Shown: positions 19,198 through 29,992, counted from the stretch's first letter. The stretch: 64,000 nt of DNA from an uncultured Clostridia bacterium (GCA_944386685.1 CALXCA010000004.1:9410-73409), one strand, 5' to 3'. Notes: generated by a model from the letters alone, not told the origin. Made by a program: numbers and translations.

Positions 19198-20271
19198 ATG
19201 AGAAAAGCAATTCAAGAAGAATTGAGCCAAGAAAATAATTATAAATATAAAATTATTGCAATAGATGATGAAAGAGGAATATTAGATTCATTATCTATAT
19301 TTTTAAAAAGAACAAATTACGATTTTGTAGGAATTACTGACCCAATAGAAGGAATTGAAAGAATAAAAAAAGAACACTTTGACTTATTATTATTAGATTT
19401 TATGATGACACCACTACATGGTGATGATGTGGTTCAAGAAATTAGAAAATTTAATAAGGAATTATATATTCTATTATTAACAGGTCATAAGGACTTGGCA
19501 CCACCATTAGAAACAATTAGAAGACTAGATATACAAGGATATTGTGAAAAAAGTGATAAATTTGAACAACTACTATTATTAATAGAATCTGGTATAAAAT
19601 CAATTTCACAAATGAAAGAAATAAAGAAGATAAATGAACAATTAAAAGAATCTAAAGATGAATTAGAAAAAGCATATTTAGATATGATACAATCTTTAAG
19701 ATATGCAGTTGAAGCCAAAGACCCATATACAAGAGGACATTCAGATAGAGTTTCAGAATTTGCAGTATTAATTGGAAGAAAATTAGGACTTCCGGATAAT
19801 GAAATAAGAACTTTACAAATAGGGGGATTATTTCATGATATTGGAAAAATAGGAGTACCAGATAATATCTTACAAAAAGAGGCAAAATTAACAGATGATG
19901 AATATTCTCAAATAAAAAATCATCCATCAATAGGAGCACATATATTAGGTGAAGCAGAGGTATTTAAAGATATAATTCCTATAGTAAAACATCACCATGA
20001 AAGATTTGATGGAAATGGATATCCATCAAAATTAAAAGGTGAAGAAATTCCATTTTTAGCAAGAATTACTGCAGTAGCAGATTCATTTGATGCAATGACA
20101 AGTAAAAGAAGCTATAGAGGAGCATTAGATATTCAATTTGTAAAAGAAGAAATAGAAAGATGTAAAGGAACACAATTTGATCCTAATATTGCAAATGCAT
20201 TTTTAGAGATTTTAAATAAAGAATATTATAAAATAGAAGAAGTGCAAACAAAATTTCCTAATAACTTTTAA
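19198..20271 (+). CDS. Response-regulator receiver domain fused to an HD-GYP phosphodiesterase domain
   Basis: REC fold (IIAIDDE...LLLLDFMMTP...). HD-GYP motifs: HDIGKIGVP and HHERFDGNGYP. Confidence 0.85.
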   Translation: MRKAIQEELSQENNYKYKIIAIDDERGILDSLSIFLKRTNYDFVGITDPIEGIERIKKEHFDLLLLDFMMTPLHGDDVVQEIRKFNKELYILLLTGHKDLAPPLETIRRLDIQGYCEKSDKFEQLLLLIESGIKSISQMKEIKKINEQLKESKDELEKAYLDMIQSLRYAVEAKDPYTRGHSDRVSEFAVLIGRKLGLPDNEIRTLQIGGLFHDIGKIGVPDNILQKEAKLTDDEYSQIKNHPSIGAHILGEAEVFKDIIPIVKHHHERFDGNGYPSKLKGEEIPFLARITAVADSFDAMTSKRSYRGALDIQFVKEEIERCKGTQFDPNIANAFLEILNKEYYKIEEVQTKFPNNF

Positions 20272-20344
20272 AGATGTTTTGTCATGATAGTGCAAGCATT
20301 AAAAATAACACTGGATAAAAAATTTCCAGTGTTATTTTTCCTTT

Positions 20345-22528
20345 TTATAATTTCATACTTAAACCTACTTTTTTCTTTTCTGTATCTATTTTTATAACTT
20401 TAACTTTTATAACATCACCAACAGAAACAACATCAGAAGGTGACTTTATATAATTTTCACTCATTTCAGAAAGATGAACTAAACCGTCATATTTAACTCC
20501 TATATCAACAAAAGCTCCAAAATCGATTACATTTCTAACTGTTCCAGTAAGAATCATTCCAATTGTTAAATCTTCAAATTTTAATACATCATTTCTAAGA
20601 ACAGGTTTTGGCATATCTTCTCTTGGATCTCTACCAGGTTTAGAAAGTTCTTCTATAATATCTGTTAAAGTCATTTCTCCAATATTTAATTCTTTAGAAA
20701 GTTCTGAAACATTCGCTTGTGCCAATTTTTCATTTAATAGATTTAATTTTTCTTTATTTCTTAAATCATTTTTATCAAACCCGAGTTTTTCTAAAAGTTT
20801 TTCTGTCTGTTCATAATTTTCTGGATGAACAGCTGTATTTTCTAAAGGGTTAGTTCCATCAGGAATTCTAATAAAACCTGCACATTGTTCATAAGCAACT
20901 TTACCTAATTTAGGAACTTTTAAAAGTTCTTTTCTCTCTTTTAATTTACCATTTTCATCTCTGTATTTTACAATATTTTTTGCAATTGTATTATTAATAC
21001 CAGAAACATAAGAAAGTAAAGAGGGAGTTGCAGTATTTACATCTACACCAACTTTATTTACACTATCTTCAACTACACCAGTTAAACTTTCTGATAATTT
21101 TTTCTGATTAACATCATGTTGATATTGACCAACACCAATTGATTTTGGGTCAATTTTTACAAGTTCTGCAAGAGGATCTTGAAGTCTACGAGCAATAGAA
21201 ATTGCTCCTCTAATAGAAACATTTATATCTGGATATTCCTCTGTAGCAAGTTTGGAAGCAGAATATACAGAAGCACCAGCTTCACTAACAATTGCATAAA
21301 ATATATCATGTTTAACATCTTTTATTAAATCTGCAATAAACATTTCAGATTCTCTAGAAGCTGTACCATTTCCAAGTGCAATCATATCAACATGGTCTTT
21401 ATTAATTAAATCTAATAATATTTTTTTGGCACCTTCAACATCATTTTGTGGTTCTGTAGGATATACTGTTGCAATATCTAAAACTTTACCTGTCTCGTCA
21501 ATAACAGCAATTTTACAACCAGTTCTATATGCAGGGTCAAATCCCATAACTGTTTTTCCTTTAATTGGACTTGCAAGTAGTAATTGTTTTGCATTTTTGC
21601 CAAATACTTTTATTGCTTTTTCTTCTGCTTTTTCTGTTAAGTCAGAACGAATTTCCCTTTCAATAGAAGGCTCTATTAATCTTGTATAAGCATCAGAAAT
21701 AGTAGAAATTAACATATCTGTAAACTGAGTTTTTCCTATAATTATATCTTTTTGCATATAATATAGAATTTTTGCTTCAGGTTTATTAATAGTAACTTTT
21801 AGAAATTCTTCTTTTTCACCTCTATTTATAGCTAAAATTCTATGGCTAGGTAATTTACAAACTTGTTCAGAAAAATCATAATACATTTCGTAATTTGATT
21901 TCTCATCAGGTTTTGTAGCTTTTGTAACAATAGTTCCCTCTCTATAACATACCTTTTTTATGTATTTTCTGTATTTTGCGTTATCAGATATATCTTCTGC
22001 TATAATATCTAGAGCACCTTGTATTGCTTCTTCAGCAGTAGAAACAACTTTGTCTTTATTTTTCTTATCTTCATCAGATAATTTATCTATATTTATATAG
22101 TCTTTTGCTATTTCATTTATGTCTTTTGTTTCTTTTTGTTCATATATAATTTTTGCAAGAGGTTCTAGACCTTTAGCTTTTGCTACTGTAGCTCTAGTTT
22201 TTTTCTTTTGTTTAAATGGTCTATATAAATCTTCAACTTCTGCAAGTGTTTCTGCAGATGCAATAGCAATTGTTAATTCATCTGTTAATTTTCCTTGCTC
22301 ATCAATAGATTTTATAACTTCTTGCTTACGAGTTTCTAGATTTCTTAAATAATTTAATCTTTCAAATAAATTTCTTAAAATTTCATCACTTAATCCACCA
22401 GTAACTTCTTTTCTATATCTCGCAATAAAAGGAATAGTATTTCCATCATCAATTAATTTTACTGCATTTTCTACTTGTGTATTTTTTACATTTAATTCTT
22501 CAGCAATTCTGTTTATAATTTTATCCAT
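20345..22528 (-). CDS. tex: Tex-like transcription accessory protein (YqgF/HhH/S1 domains)
   Basis: N-terminal IPFIARYRKE, a central YqgF-like region, and a C-terminal S1 domain GTVRNVIDFGAFVDIG. Confidence 0.9.
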   Translation of the reverse strand: MDKIINRIAEELNVKNTQVENAVKLIDDGNTIPFIARYRKEVTGGLSDEILRNLFERLNYLRNLETRKQEVIKSIDEQGKLTDELTIAIASAETLAEVEDLYRPFKQKKKTRATVAKAKGLEPLAKIIYEQKETKDINEIAKDYINIDKLSDEDKKNKDKVVSTAEEAIQGALDIIAEDISDNAKYRKYIKKVCYREGTIVTKATKPDEKSNYEMYYDFSEQVCKLPSHRILAINRGEKEEFLKVTINKPEAKILYYMQKDIIIGKTQFTDMLISTISDAYTRLIEPSIEREIRSDLTEKAEEKAIKVFGKNAKQLLLASPIKGKTVMGFDPAYRTGCKIAVIDETGKVLDIATVYPTEPQNDVEGAKKILLDLINKDHVDMIALGNGTASRESEMFIADLIKDVKHDIFYAIVSEAGASVYSASKLATEEYPDINVSIRGAISIARRLQDPLAELVKIDPKSIGVGQYQHDVNQKKLSESLTGVVEDSVNKVGVDVNTATPSLLSYVSGINNTIAKNIVKYRDENGKLKERKELLKVPKLGKVAYEQCAGFIRIPDGTNPLENTAVHPENYEQTEKLLEKLGFDKNDLRNKEKLNLLNEKLAQANVSELSKELNIGEMTLTDIIEELSKPGRDPREDMPKPVLRNDVLKFEDLTIGMILTGTVRNVIDFGAFVDIGVKYDGLVHLSEMSENYIKSPSDVVSVGDVIKVKVIKIDTEKKKVGLSMKL

Positions 22529-22636
22529 ATTTTTAAATCCTTTCTTAAAGTATGTATAAATCTTTATACAACAGAAAGATTATATAATTAAAATTATCAA
22601 AAATCAAGAAAAATCTTGATATTTCGTAAAAAGCTG

Positions 22637-22726
22637 TTTCAGTCCACTGAGAAATTTTTATATATTAATAATTGCATAAATTTTTCGACTCAATGCGGAA
22701 ATATTAAAATTCTCAGTGGACTGAAA
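22637..22726. repeat. Palindromic intergenic repeat, family copy 1 (truncated form)
   Basis: Arms tttcagtccactgagaa / ttctcagtggactgaaa. It contains the family core tgagaaatttttatatattaataat, and a segment tgcataaatttttcgactcaatgcggaaatat that matches the reverse complement of copy 2. Confidence 0.8.
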
Positions 22727-22734
22727 TTAAAAAT

Positions 22735-22763
22735 TTGACATAAATCACAAACCATATTATAAT
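22735..22763 (+). promoter_or_regulatory. Consensus sigma-A type promoter for the lipoprotein gene
   Basis: TTGACA (22735-22740), a 17-nt spacer, then TATAAT (22758-22763). Confidence 0.65.
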
Positions 22764-22829
22764 ATAAGTGTAGGCAAAAGCTTATAATTGGAACTTTAGC
22801 TATTATACAACAACAAGGAGGACAAAAAC

Positions 22830-23240
22830 ATGAAAAAGGCTATTATTTCTGCAATTATGGCAATTGCAATTGTCATGTCCATGGCAGGGTGCTCCATTTC
22901 CAGCAATGGGAATGGGGGGATTACTATTAACCCTTCGTTCGAGATAGGCAATTCCGACTATAATCGGAATGAGTGGACTGTAAAATTGGAAGGTGATGAG
23001 TGGTCGAAGTATGGCATTGGAACTGGCTCTAGTGTTAAGTTTAGACTTAACAGCTATGGTGCAACAGCTGATTTTGACCTCAGGTTGGACCTTTCGAAGA
23101 CCACGAGGGACGAAGTGGTAGATGAAATGAGCGATTTCATGAGGAGATATTTAGGCGTTTCTGGAGACGCCATTGTTTCCTCGAATGAGAGTTGGACTAA
23201 TAACTCCAGACTGAAGTTCACTCTTAACTTCAGGTTCTAA
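22830..23240 (+). CDS. Small lipoprotein, 136 aa, unknown function; visibly G+C-richer than its flanks
   Basis: Signal peptide with a lipobox (IVMSMAGC). aggagg RBS 8 nt upstream. Confidence 0.7.
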   Translation: MKKAIISAIMAIAIVMSMAGCSISSNGNGGITINPSFEIGNSDYNRNEWTVKLEGDEWSKYGIGTGSSVKFRLNSYGATADFDLRLDLSKTTRDEVVDEMSDFMRRYLGVSGDAIVSSNESWTNNSRLKFTLNFRF

Positions 23241-23281
23241 GTTCTTAAGACAAGTGTAACCATTAATAGCTAAAGTTTTCT

Positions 23282-23323
23282 AGCCATTGCCTCCGGACAT
23301 AAATGAGTCTGGAGGCAATGGCT
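23282..23323 (+). terminator. Rho-independent terminator 1 after the lipoprotein gene
   Basis: agccattgcctcc ... ggaggcaatggct stem followed by ttttt. Confidence 0.75.
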
Positions 23324-23342
23324 TTTTATATTGTATAGGGTA

Positions 23343-23392
23343 AAAAAGTGCCGGTTCTCTTTTTTTGGACAAAAAGAGAACCGGCACTTTTT
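23343..23392. terminator. Second long hairpin (22-bp stem)
   Basis: aaaaagtgccggttctcttttt / aaaaagagaaccggcacttttt, with T/A runs on both sides. Confidence 0.7.
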
Positions 23393-23623
23393 TTCCCTTT
23401 TTTACCCATATATCAAAATTTTTATGATTTTAAAAAGGCAACAATTTACAACAAAAAATAACAATAAAATCTTGAAATTTTCACATTCATAGAGTAAAAT
23501 TATTATTAGCTTATTTATTATTAAGTAAATAATAGAATAAAATATTTTTTAAAGTATTTTTAAGTATAAGAAACAATATAAAACTTTAAGTTACATATAA
23601 AAACAAAGAAAGGAGGAAACTTT

Positions 23624-24355
23624 ATGGATAAGGATTTAAGCAAAATTGCAAGAATACATTCCATGGAAAGCTTTGGAACAGTAGATGGACCAGGAATAAG
23701 ATTTGTACTATTTTTACAAGGATGTAGTTTAAAATGTAAATATTGTCATAATAGAGACACATGGGATATAAATGGAGGAGAAGAAAAAACATTAGAAGAA
23801 ATAGTAGAAAAAATAAAAAATTATAAAAATTATATAACAATTTCTGGAGGAGGAGTAACAGTAACAGGAGGAGAGCCATTATTACAAGTTAAATTTTTAA
23901 TAGAATTATTTAAAGCTCTAAAAAAAGAAAAAATACACACTTGTATTGATACATCTGGAATGGTAAATATTACAGAAGATATAAAAGAACTTTTAAAATA
24001 TACAGATTTAGTATTATTAGATATTAAACATATTGATGATGAAAAGTGTAAAAAATTAGTAGGAGTATCTAATAAAAAAGAATTAGAATTTGCAAGATAT
24101 TTAAGTGATAATAATATAAAAATATGGATTAGACAAGTTTTAATTCCAGGATATACAGATGATGAAAAAGATTTACTAAAATTAAAAGAATTTTTAGGAA
24201 CATTAAAAACATTAGAAAAAGTTCAAATATTAAAATATCATAATTTAGGAAAACATAAATGGGAAAAGATGGGCTTAAAGTATGAATTAGAAGGTGTAAG
24301 AGAAGCAACAATAGAAGATGAAGAAAGAGCAAAAAAAATATTAGAAATTATATAA
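23624..24355 (+). CDS. pflA: Glycyl-radical enzyme activating protein (pyruvate formate-lyase activase type)
   Basis: GPGIRFVLFLQGCSLKCKYCHNRDTW radical SAM cluster motif, and GGVTVTGGEPLLQ. Confidence 0.85.
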   Translation: MDKDLSKIARIHSMESFGTVDGPGIRFVLFLQGCSLKCKYCHNRDTWDINGGEEKTLEEIVEKIKNYKNYITISGGGVTVTGGEPLLQVKFLIELFKALKKEKIHTCIDTSGMVNITEDIKELLKYTDLVLLDIKHIDDEKCKKLVGVSNKKELEFARYLSDNNIKIWIRQVLIPGYTDDEKDLLKLKEFLGTLKTLEKVQILKYHNLGKHKWEKMGLKYELEGVREATIEDEERAKKILEII

Positions 24356-24544
24356 AAATTTTAATACTGGTTTATTTGATATTTTTTTACATGATTTAAA
24401 ATAAAAGCTTTAGAGAGAAAATTGTTAAAAAGTAAAATAAAATATTTATATTATATATTAAAATTAATCAAATTTTAATAACTTAAATCTTGTTATTTTT
24501 CATAATTTGTAGTAAAATACAAACATATAAAAAGGAGAAAAAAT

Positions 24545-25336
24545 ATGCCATCAAAAACAAATAGTGGTAGAATGAGTAAACAAAGAGAAATAGAAATAAA
24601 AAAACGTAAGAAAAGAAAAATTAGATTAATAATTTTTCTATTATTAGTGGTTGTGATAGGAATTATTACATATTTATTAAAATCACCAACTTTTGCATTA
24701 AAAGATGTAGAAATAAAAGGAAACAATCAATTAACAACAGAAGAAATATTTGCACAATCAGGGTTAGAATTAGGAAAAAGTATTTTTTCTAGTTTTAATA
24801 TTGTTACAAAAGTAAAATTAAAACAAAATGGATATATAGAAGATGCAAAAGTAAGTAAAAAGCTTCCTAACATAATTCAAATAGAAGTTAAAGAAAGAGA
24901 AAAAATGTTTCAAATTGAAACTAAAACAGGATATTTTATAGATATTGATGAACAAGGATATATAATAGATTGTTCACAAGAAAGAGAAAATCTAATTGTT
25001 ATAACTGGAATGGAAATTACAGAAGAAAATATTGAACAAAAGAAAAGACTTGAAAATGAAGATTTAAATATAAGAATGGAAAATATTTTACACATAAAAA
25101 AAGAAACAGAGCAAATTGGAATTTTTGAGAAGCTTACTTCAATTCAAATAGGAGAAGAATATATTTTAAAACTAGATAATGATGGAATAACAATAAATTT
25201 AGGAGACTGTACAGACTTAAAAAATAAAATATATTATGTACAATCAATATTAGAAAAAGAAGCAGGAAATAGAGGAACAATAAATGTAAATGGTAATTTA
25301 AATGAGGGATTTTTACCATATTTTACAGCAGAATAG
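24545..25336 (+). CDS. divIB: Cell division protein DivIB/FtsQ
   Basis: Basic N-terminus, one TM segment, a POTRA-like FALKDVEIKGNNQLTTEEI, and its position upstream of ftsA-ftsZ. Confidence 0.7.
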   Translation: MPSKTNSGRMSKQREIEIKKRKKRKIRLIIFLLLVVVIGIITYLLKSPTFALKDVEIKGNNQLTTEEIFAQSGLELGKSIFSSFNIVTKVKLKQNGYIEDAKVSKKLPNIIQIEVKEREKMFQIETKTGYFIDIDEQGYIIDCSQERENLIVITGMEITEENIEQKKRLENEDLNIRMENILHIKKETEQIGIFEKLTSIQIGEEYILKLDNDGITINLGDCTDLKNKIYYVQSILEKEAGNRGTINVNGNLNEGFLPYFTAE

Positions 25337-25444
25337 AAAAGAGTATATAAAAATTAAGAAAAAGAGAATTTAAGTAAAAATAAGTTTATATTATATTTAT
25401 AAAAAATATAAATAATAAATTTAGTATTGGAAAGGGAGATATAA

Positions 25445-26167
25445 ATGCTAAAAAAAGAAAAAATAAGTTTAGTATTAGGTGGGATGTGTTTAGTTTTATC
25501 ATGTGGTATAGCTATACAAGTTAGATCAATTTCCAATGTAGGAACACCATCAAGTTTAAATACCACAGAAAATAACTTAAGAGATGCAGTATTACGTACA
25601 AAAGAAAATTACGATAATTTATATGAAGATGTAGAAAATGCAGAAAAATTGCTAGAAAGAGAAAGAAACAGTGCTACAGAAAATAATGAAGAATTATCTA
25701 ATTTGCAAAAAGAAATAAATACACTTAATACACAACTTGGTCTAACAGATGTAACTGGAAAAGGTGTAATTATACAATTAGATGATGCAAAATCAGTAAC
25801 AGCTAATTGGCTAGGAGATCCAAATGACATGATTGTACATGATAATGATATCATAAGTGTAGTTAATGAATTAAAAAATGCAGGAGCAGAGGCAATTTCT
25901 GTAAATGATCAAAGAATAGTTGCAAATACAGTAATAGAATGTGATGGTTCTGTTATAAAAATAAATGGAGAAAAAGTTGGAGCACCATTTACAATAAAAG
26001 CAATAGGGATGCCAGAAACATTAAAAAATGCATATAGATATGGCTCATATTTATATATTTTGGAAAATGACTATTTTTTAGAAGTAGATTTTAAAACATC
26101 AGAAAATGTAACAATACCAAAATATACAGGAACATATAAATTTAATTATACAGAAATTGATCAATAA
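25445..26167 (+). CDS. DUF881 family protein (YlxW-like)
   Basis: TM anchor, coiled-coil region, a GKGVIIQLDD-type segment, and the conserved divIB-ylxW-ylxX-sbp-ftsA order. Confidence 0.75.
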   Translation: MLKKEKISLVLGGMCLVLSCGIAIQVRSISNVGTPSSLNTTENNLRDAVLRTKENYDNLYEDVENAEKLLERERNSATENNEELSNLQKEINTLNTQLGLTDVTGKGVIIQLDDAKSVTANWLGDPNDMIVHDNDIISVVNELKNAGAEAISVNDQRIVANTVIECDGSVIKINGEKVGAPFTIKAIGMPETLKNAYRYGSYLYILENDYFLEVDFKTSENVTIPKYTGTYKFNYTEIDQ

Positions 26168-26220
26168 CAAAATAAATTTCCAAACTAAATATTTTAAACG
26201 AGAAAGGAAACAGTTTAAAT

Positions 26221-27009
26221 ATGAGAATAAAAATGCCACAAATAAAAAAACCAAAAATAAAAATGAGTAAAGAAAAACTAGTAATGAATATTACAATTGG
26301 AATTGCATGTTTTGCATTAATGCTTGTAATGTTTATGCAATTTAAGGTAGTAAACCAAACAGATATAACATCAATAGAAACAATGAGAGAAGAAGATTTA
26401 CGAACAGAGCTTGCTGATTGGAGAGAAAAATATACTGAATTAACAGATAGATATAATGATGTAATGACTAAAATTACAGAATACCAAACAGAAAAAGAAA
26501 ATGATGAAAAAACAGCACAACTATTACAAAAAGATTTAGAACAATTAAGTTTAGCTTTAGGAACAACAAATGTTAAAGGCGAAGGAGTAACAATTATATT
26601 AACAGATAATGGAGGTAATTCTTTAGCTGATGATGAAGATGTAATTATATCTAAAATAACTAATTATGATTTATTATTAGTTTTAAGAGAATTATATATA
26701 GCTGGAGCAGAAGCTATATCTATAAATGACAATAGAATAGTAGCAATGACAGATATATTTTTAAGAGAAAGTAATGATATATCAATTATGCAAATAGATA
26801 GTCAAAGAATAACATCGCCATATGTTATTAAAGCAATAGGAAATAAGTCATATTTGGAAAGTGCAGCAAATAGTAAAGATGGAAAATTAAAACAGTTACA
26901 ATTAGCAGGACATGGAGTAGAAGTACAAACATCTAGTGCAAGTAGACCAATTACAATAGGAGCATATACAGGTGAAATAGAAACTAAATATATGAAAGAT
27001 AAAGAATAA
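26221..27009 (+). CDS. DUF881 family protein (YlxX-like)
   Basis: Paralogous architecture (GEGVTIILTD, AGAEAISINDNRIV). The start codon is uncertain. Confidence 0.75.
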   Translation: MRIKMPQIKKPKIKMSKEKLVMNITIGIACFALMLVMFMQFKVVNQTDITSIETMREEDLRTELADWREKYTELTDRYNDVMTKITEYQTEKENDEKTAQLLQKDLEQLSLALGTTNVKGEGVTIILTDNGGNSLADDEDVIISKITNYDLLLVLRELYIAGAEAISINDNRIVAMTDIFLRESNDISIMQIDSQRITSPYVIKAIGNKSYLESAANSKDGKLKQLQLAGHGVEVQTSSASRPITIGAYTGEIETKYMKDKE

Positions 27010-27025
27010 GAAAGGGATGTGAAAA

Positions 27026-27412
27026 ATGATAGTAATAGCAATAATTTTAGGTTGTACAATAGGAGCAATAATAGGAATAAATGCACCTATTATACCATAT
27101 ACATATTCAACATTTTTAGCAATAGCTGTTATAGCAGCTTTAGACTCAGTATTTGGAGGAATAACATCTGTATTAAAGAAAAATTTTGACTTAACAATTT
27201 TTATTACAGGTTTTTTCTGTAACAGTATTTTATCAATTGCATTAACATATTTAGGACAAAGACTAAATATAGATATATACCTTGCAGCTCTAGTAGTTTT
27301 TGTAGGAAGAATGTTTACAAACTTAACAATTATAAGAAGACATTATGTAGATTTGTGGAAAAGAAAAATGGCTGAAAAGGCTGTAAACTCTAAGAAAGTA
27401 AGTAAAAATTAA
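27026..27412 (+). CDS. sbp: Small basic protein Sbp (DUF1290)
   Basis: Small multi-TM protein with a basic tail, lying immediately upstream of ftsA as in Bacillus. Confidence 0.7.
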   Translation: MIVIAIILGCTIGAIIGINAPIIPYTYSTFLAIAVIAALDSVFGGITSVLKKNFDLTIFITGFFCNSILSIALTYLGQRLNIDIYLAALVVFVGRMFTNLTIIRRHYVDLWKRKMAEKAVNSKKVSKN

Positions 27413-27586
27413 ATGTTTAAAATCTGTGTTACAAATTTGTTACACAGATTTCAAAAACATTACAAAAATATTTCAAAAATATTTCGAATTATATTGACAT
27501 TTTTTTTAAAATGTAATATATATAACAAAGAAGAAAAAATAATCTATAAACAAATAGAAATCTAACATAAAAATGGAGGAATCATT

Positions 27587-28816
27587 TTGGCAATAGGTGA
27601 TATCATAGTTGGTATTGATATTGGTACATCTAAAGTTTGCACAGTTGTTGGGGAAGTAAACAACTTTGGACAGATAGAAACACTATGTAGTACAGCCTGT
27701 AAATGTAGTGGCATAAAAAAAGGCAAAATAATTAATGAAGAAGAAGTTAGTTTAAGTGTAGCAAAAACAATAAAAGAAGCAGAAGAAACAGCCGAATTTA
27801 AAATTAACTCAGCATATGTAACAATTCCAGGAAAAGAAGTAACAATTGTTCAAAATAGTATTTTAAAAGAGTTAAAAGACAAATTTGCTGGAATTTCTTT
27901 AAGAGATGTGCAAAATGCAATTATGCAAGCTAAAGATATAGAAATACCAGAAGGGAAAACAATAATAGATATAGTACCATCAGAAGTAATACTTGATAAT
28001 GGAAAAGTAGTTACAGATCCAATTGGCAATTTAAGTTCTAATTTTACACTAAAAGCACAAGTTATTTTAGCCAATAAAGATTATGTAAGACAGCTAACAT
28101 CTATTTTTAAAAGAGTAGGAATAGAAATAGATGGAATAGTTCCAACTGCTTTAGCAGAAAAAAATCTAGTATTAGATACAAATGAATTATATGATAATGT
28201 TATGTTATTAGATATAGGAGCAGGAAACACAGAAATAGGGGTATTTGAAGGAAATGACTTTACATATACAAATACAATACCTTTAGGAGGAGATAATATA
28301 ACAAATGATATTTCATTAGTATTAAACATTACTGAAGAAGAAGCAGAAAAACTAAAAAAGCAATATGGGTTAGCACTAAAATCATTTATAGATAATGATA
28401 ATGAAATAATGTTAAATACATGTAAAGATGAGAGCAGAAATAAAGTTATAAAAAGTTCAGAATTAATAGAAATTATAGAAGCAAGAATAGAAGAAATATT
28501 TACATTAATAAATAAAGATATAACAAACAATAATGTAAAATCTCTTATCAATACAGTAGTGTTAACAGGAAGAGGAATTTCTACTATCAATAAAAGTGAT
28601 GTAGCAGGAAAAATAAACTTAAATATACCTGTAAAAATGTCAACAGGAAGACTAATTAGTACAATAAAACCAGAATTTAGAACTAGTTATGCACTTGTTA
28701 GATATATTGCAGCAAGACCATTTGCAAAATCAGTATCAAGTAGCATTGATGAACAATCAAATGAAAGTATATTTAAAACAATATTTAATAGAATAAAAGA
28801 GTTCTTTTATTCTTAA
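27587..28816 (+). CDS. ftsA: Cell division protein FtsA
   Basis: Actin-fold motifs IVGIDIGTSKVCTVVGE and LLDIGAGNTEIGVF. TTG start after ggagg. Confidence 0.9.
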   Translation: MAIGDIIVGIDIGTSKVCTVVGEVNNFGQIETLCSTACKCSGIKKGKIINEEEVSLSVAKTIKEAEETAEFKINSAYVTIPGKEVTIVQNSILKELKDKFAGISLRDVQNAIMQAKDIEIPEGKTIIDIVPSEVILDNGKVVTDPIGNLSSNFTLKAQVILANKDYVRQLTSIFKRVGIEIDGIVPTALAEKNLVLDTNELYDNVMLLDIGAGNTEIGVFEGNDFTYTNTIPLGGDNITNDISLVLNITEEEAEKLKKQYGLALKSFIDNDNEIMLNTCKDESRNKVIKSSELIEIIEARIEEIFTLINKDITNNNVKSLINTVVLTGRGISTINKSDVAGKINLNIPVKMSTGRLISTIKPEFRTSYALVRYIAARPFAKSVSSSIDEQSNESIFKTIFNRIKEFFYS

Positions 28817-28852
28817 AAAACAATAAGTTAGTTTTATGGGGAGGAAAACTTA

Positions 28853-29971
28853 ATGAAAGAATATGAAGAAGTAACAATGATGGATGGAGCAGCCACAATA
28901 AAAGTTATAGGTGTTGGCGGAGCAGGAAACAATGCTGTAAATAGAATGATAGAAGCTGGAATAAAAGGAGTAGATTTTATTGCAGTAAATACAGATAGAC
29001 AAGCATTACAAAAATCAAAAGCAAGTGCAAAAATTCAAATAGGAGAAAAAATAACAAGAGGATTAGGAGCAGGAGCAAATCCAGATATAGGGGCACAATC
29101 TGCAGAAGAAAATAAATCAGAAATTGCAGAAACATTAAGAGGAGCAGATATGGTATTTGTTACAGCCGGAATGGGTGGAGGAACAGGTACAGGTGCAGCA
29201 CCAATAGTAGCACAAGCTGCTAAAGAAATGGGAATATTAACAATAGGAGTTGTAACAAAACCATTTACTTTTGAGGGCAAAAAAAGATTATCACAAGCAG
29301 AAAGAGGAATAGAAAGTTTAAAAGGAAAAGTAGATGCATTAGTAGTTATACCAAATGATAAATTATTACAAATAATAGATAGAAAAACATCAATAAATGA
29401 AGCATTTAGAATGGCAGATGATGTATTAAGACAAGGTGTACAAGGAATATCAGACTTAATAGCAGTAACAGGAACTGTTAACTTAGACTTTGCAGATGTA
29501 AAAACAATTATGAAAGATACAGGAATGGCACATATGGGAATAGGTAGAGCATCAGGAGAAAATAGAGCAGAAGATGCAGCAAAACAAGCAGTACAAAGTC
29601 CATTATTAGAAACATCAATAGAAGGAGCAAGAGGAGTTATTATAAATATAACAGGTGGAGATGACTTAGGATTACATGAAGTTAATACAGCAGCAGAATT
29701 AGTTCAACGCAGTGTAGACCCAGAAGCAAATATAATATTTGGTACAGTAACAGATCCAGAAATGGGAGATGAAATACAAATTACAGTTATTGCAACAGGA
29801 TTTGAAAAACCAGAAGCAAGAACAGCTTCAACAGTAGACAGTTTTATAAATAAATCTTGGGGAGAAAAGAAAGCAACATCTTCTATACCAACATCAACAG
29901 ATTTAAATTCTAATTCAGGAGATTTAGACATCCCAGCATTCTTACGTAAAAATAAAGGAAAAAACATGTAA
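28853..29971 (+). CDS. ftsZ: Cell division GTPase FtsZ
   Basis: [13 protein letters not shown] and the tubulin signature [12 protein letters not shown]. Confidence 0.95.
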   Translation: MKEYEEVTMMDGAATIKVIGVGGAGNNAVNRMIEAGIKGVDFIAVNTDRQALQKSKASAKIQIGEKITRGLGAGANPDIGAQSAEENKSEIAETLRGADMVFVTAGMGGGTGTGAAPIVAQAAKEMGILTIGVVTKPFTFEGKKRLSQAERGIESLKGKVDALVVIPNDKLLQIIDRKTSINEAFRMADDVLRQGVQGISDLIAVTGTVNLDFADVKTIMKDTGMAHMGIGRASGENRAEDAAKQAVQSPLLETSIEGARGVIINITGGDDLGLHEVNTAAELVQRSVDPEANIIFGTVTDPEMGDEIQITVIATGFEKPEARTASTVDSFINKSWGEKKATSSIPTSTDLNSNSGDLDIPAFLRKNKGKNM

Positions 29972-29992
29972 AACGAAATTAATTTTTATAAA

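Noticed and set aside
23624-24355. A pflA-type activase without an adjacent glycyl-radical enzyme gene.
   Set aside because: The partner (pflB or another glycyl-radical enzyme) is probably encoded elsewhere. The gene looks native in composition, and I see nothing further unusual.
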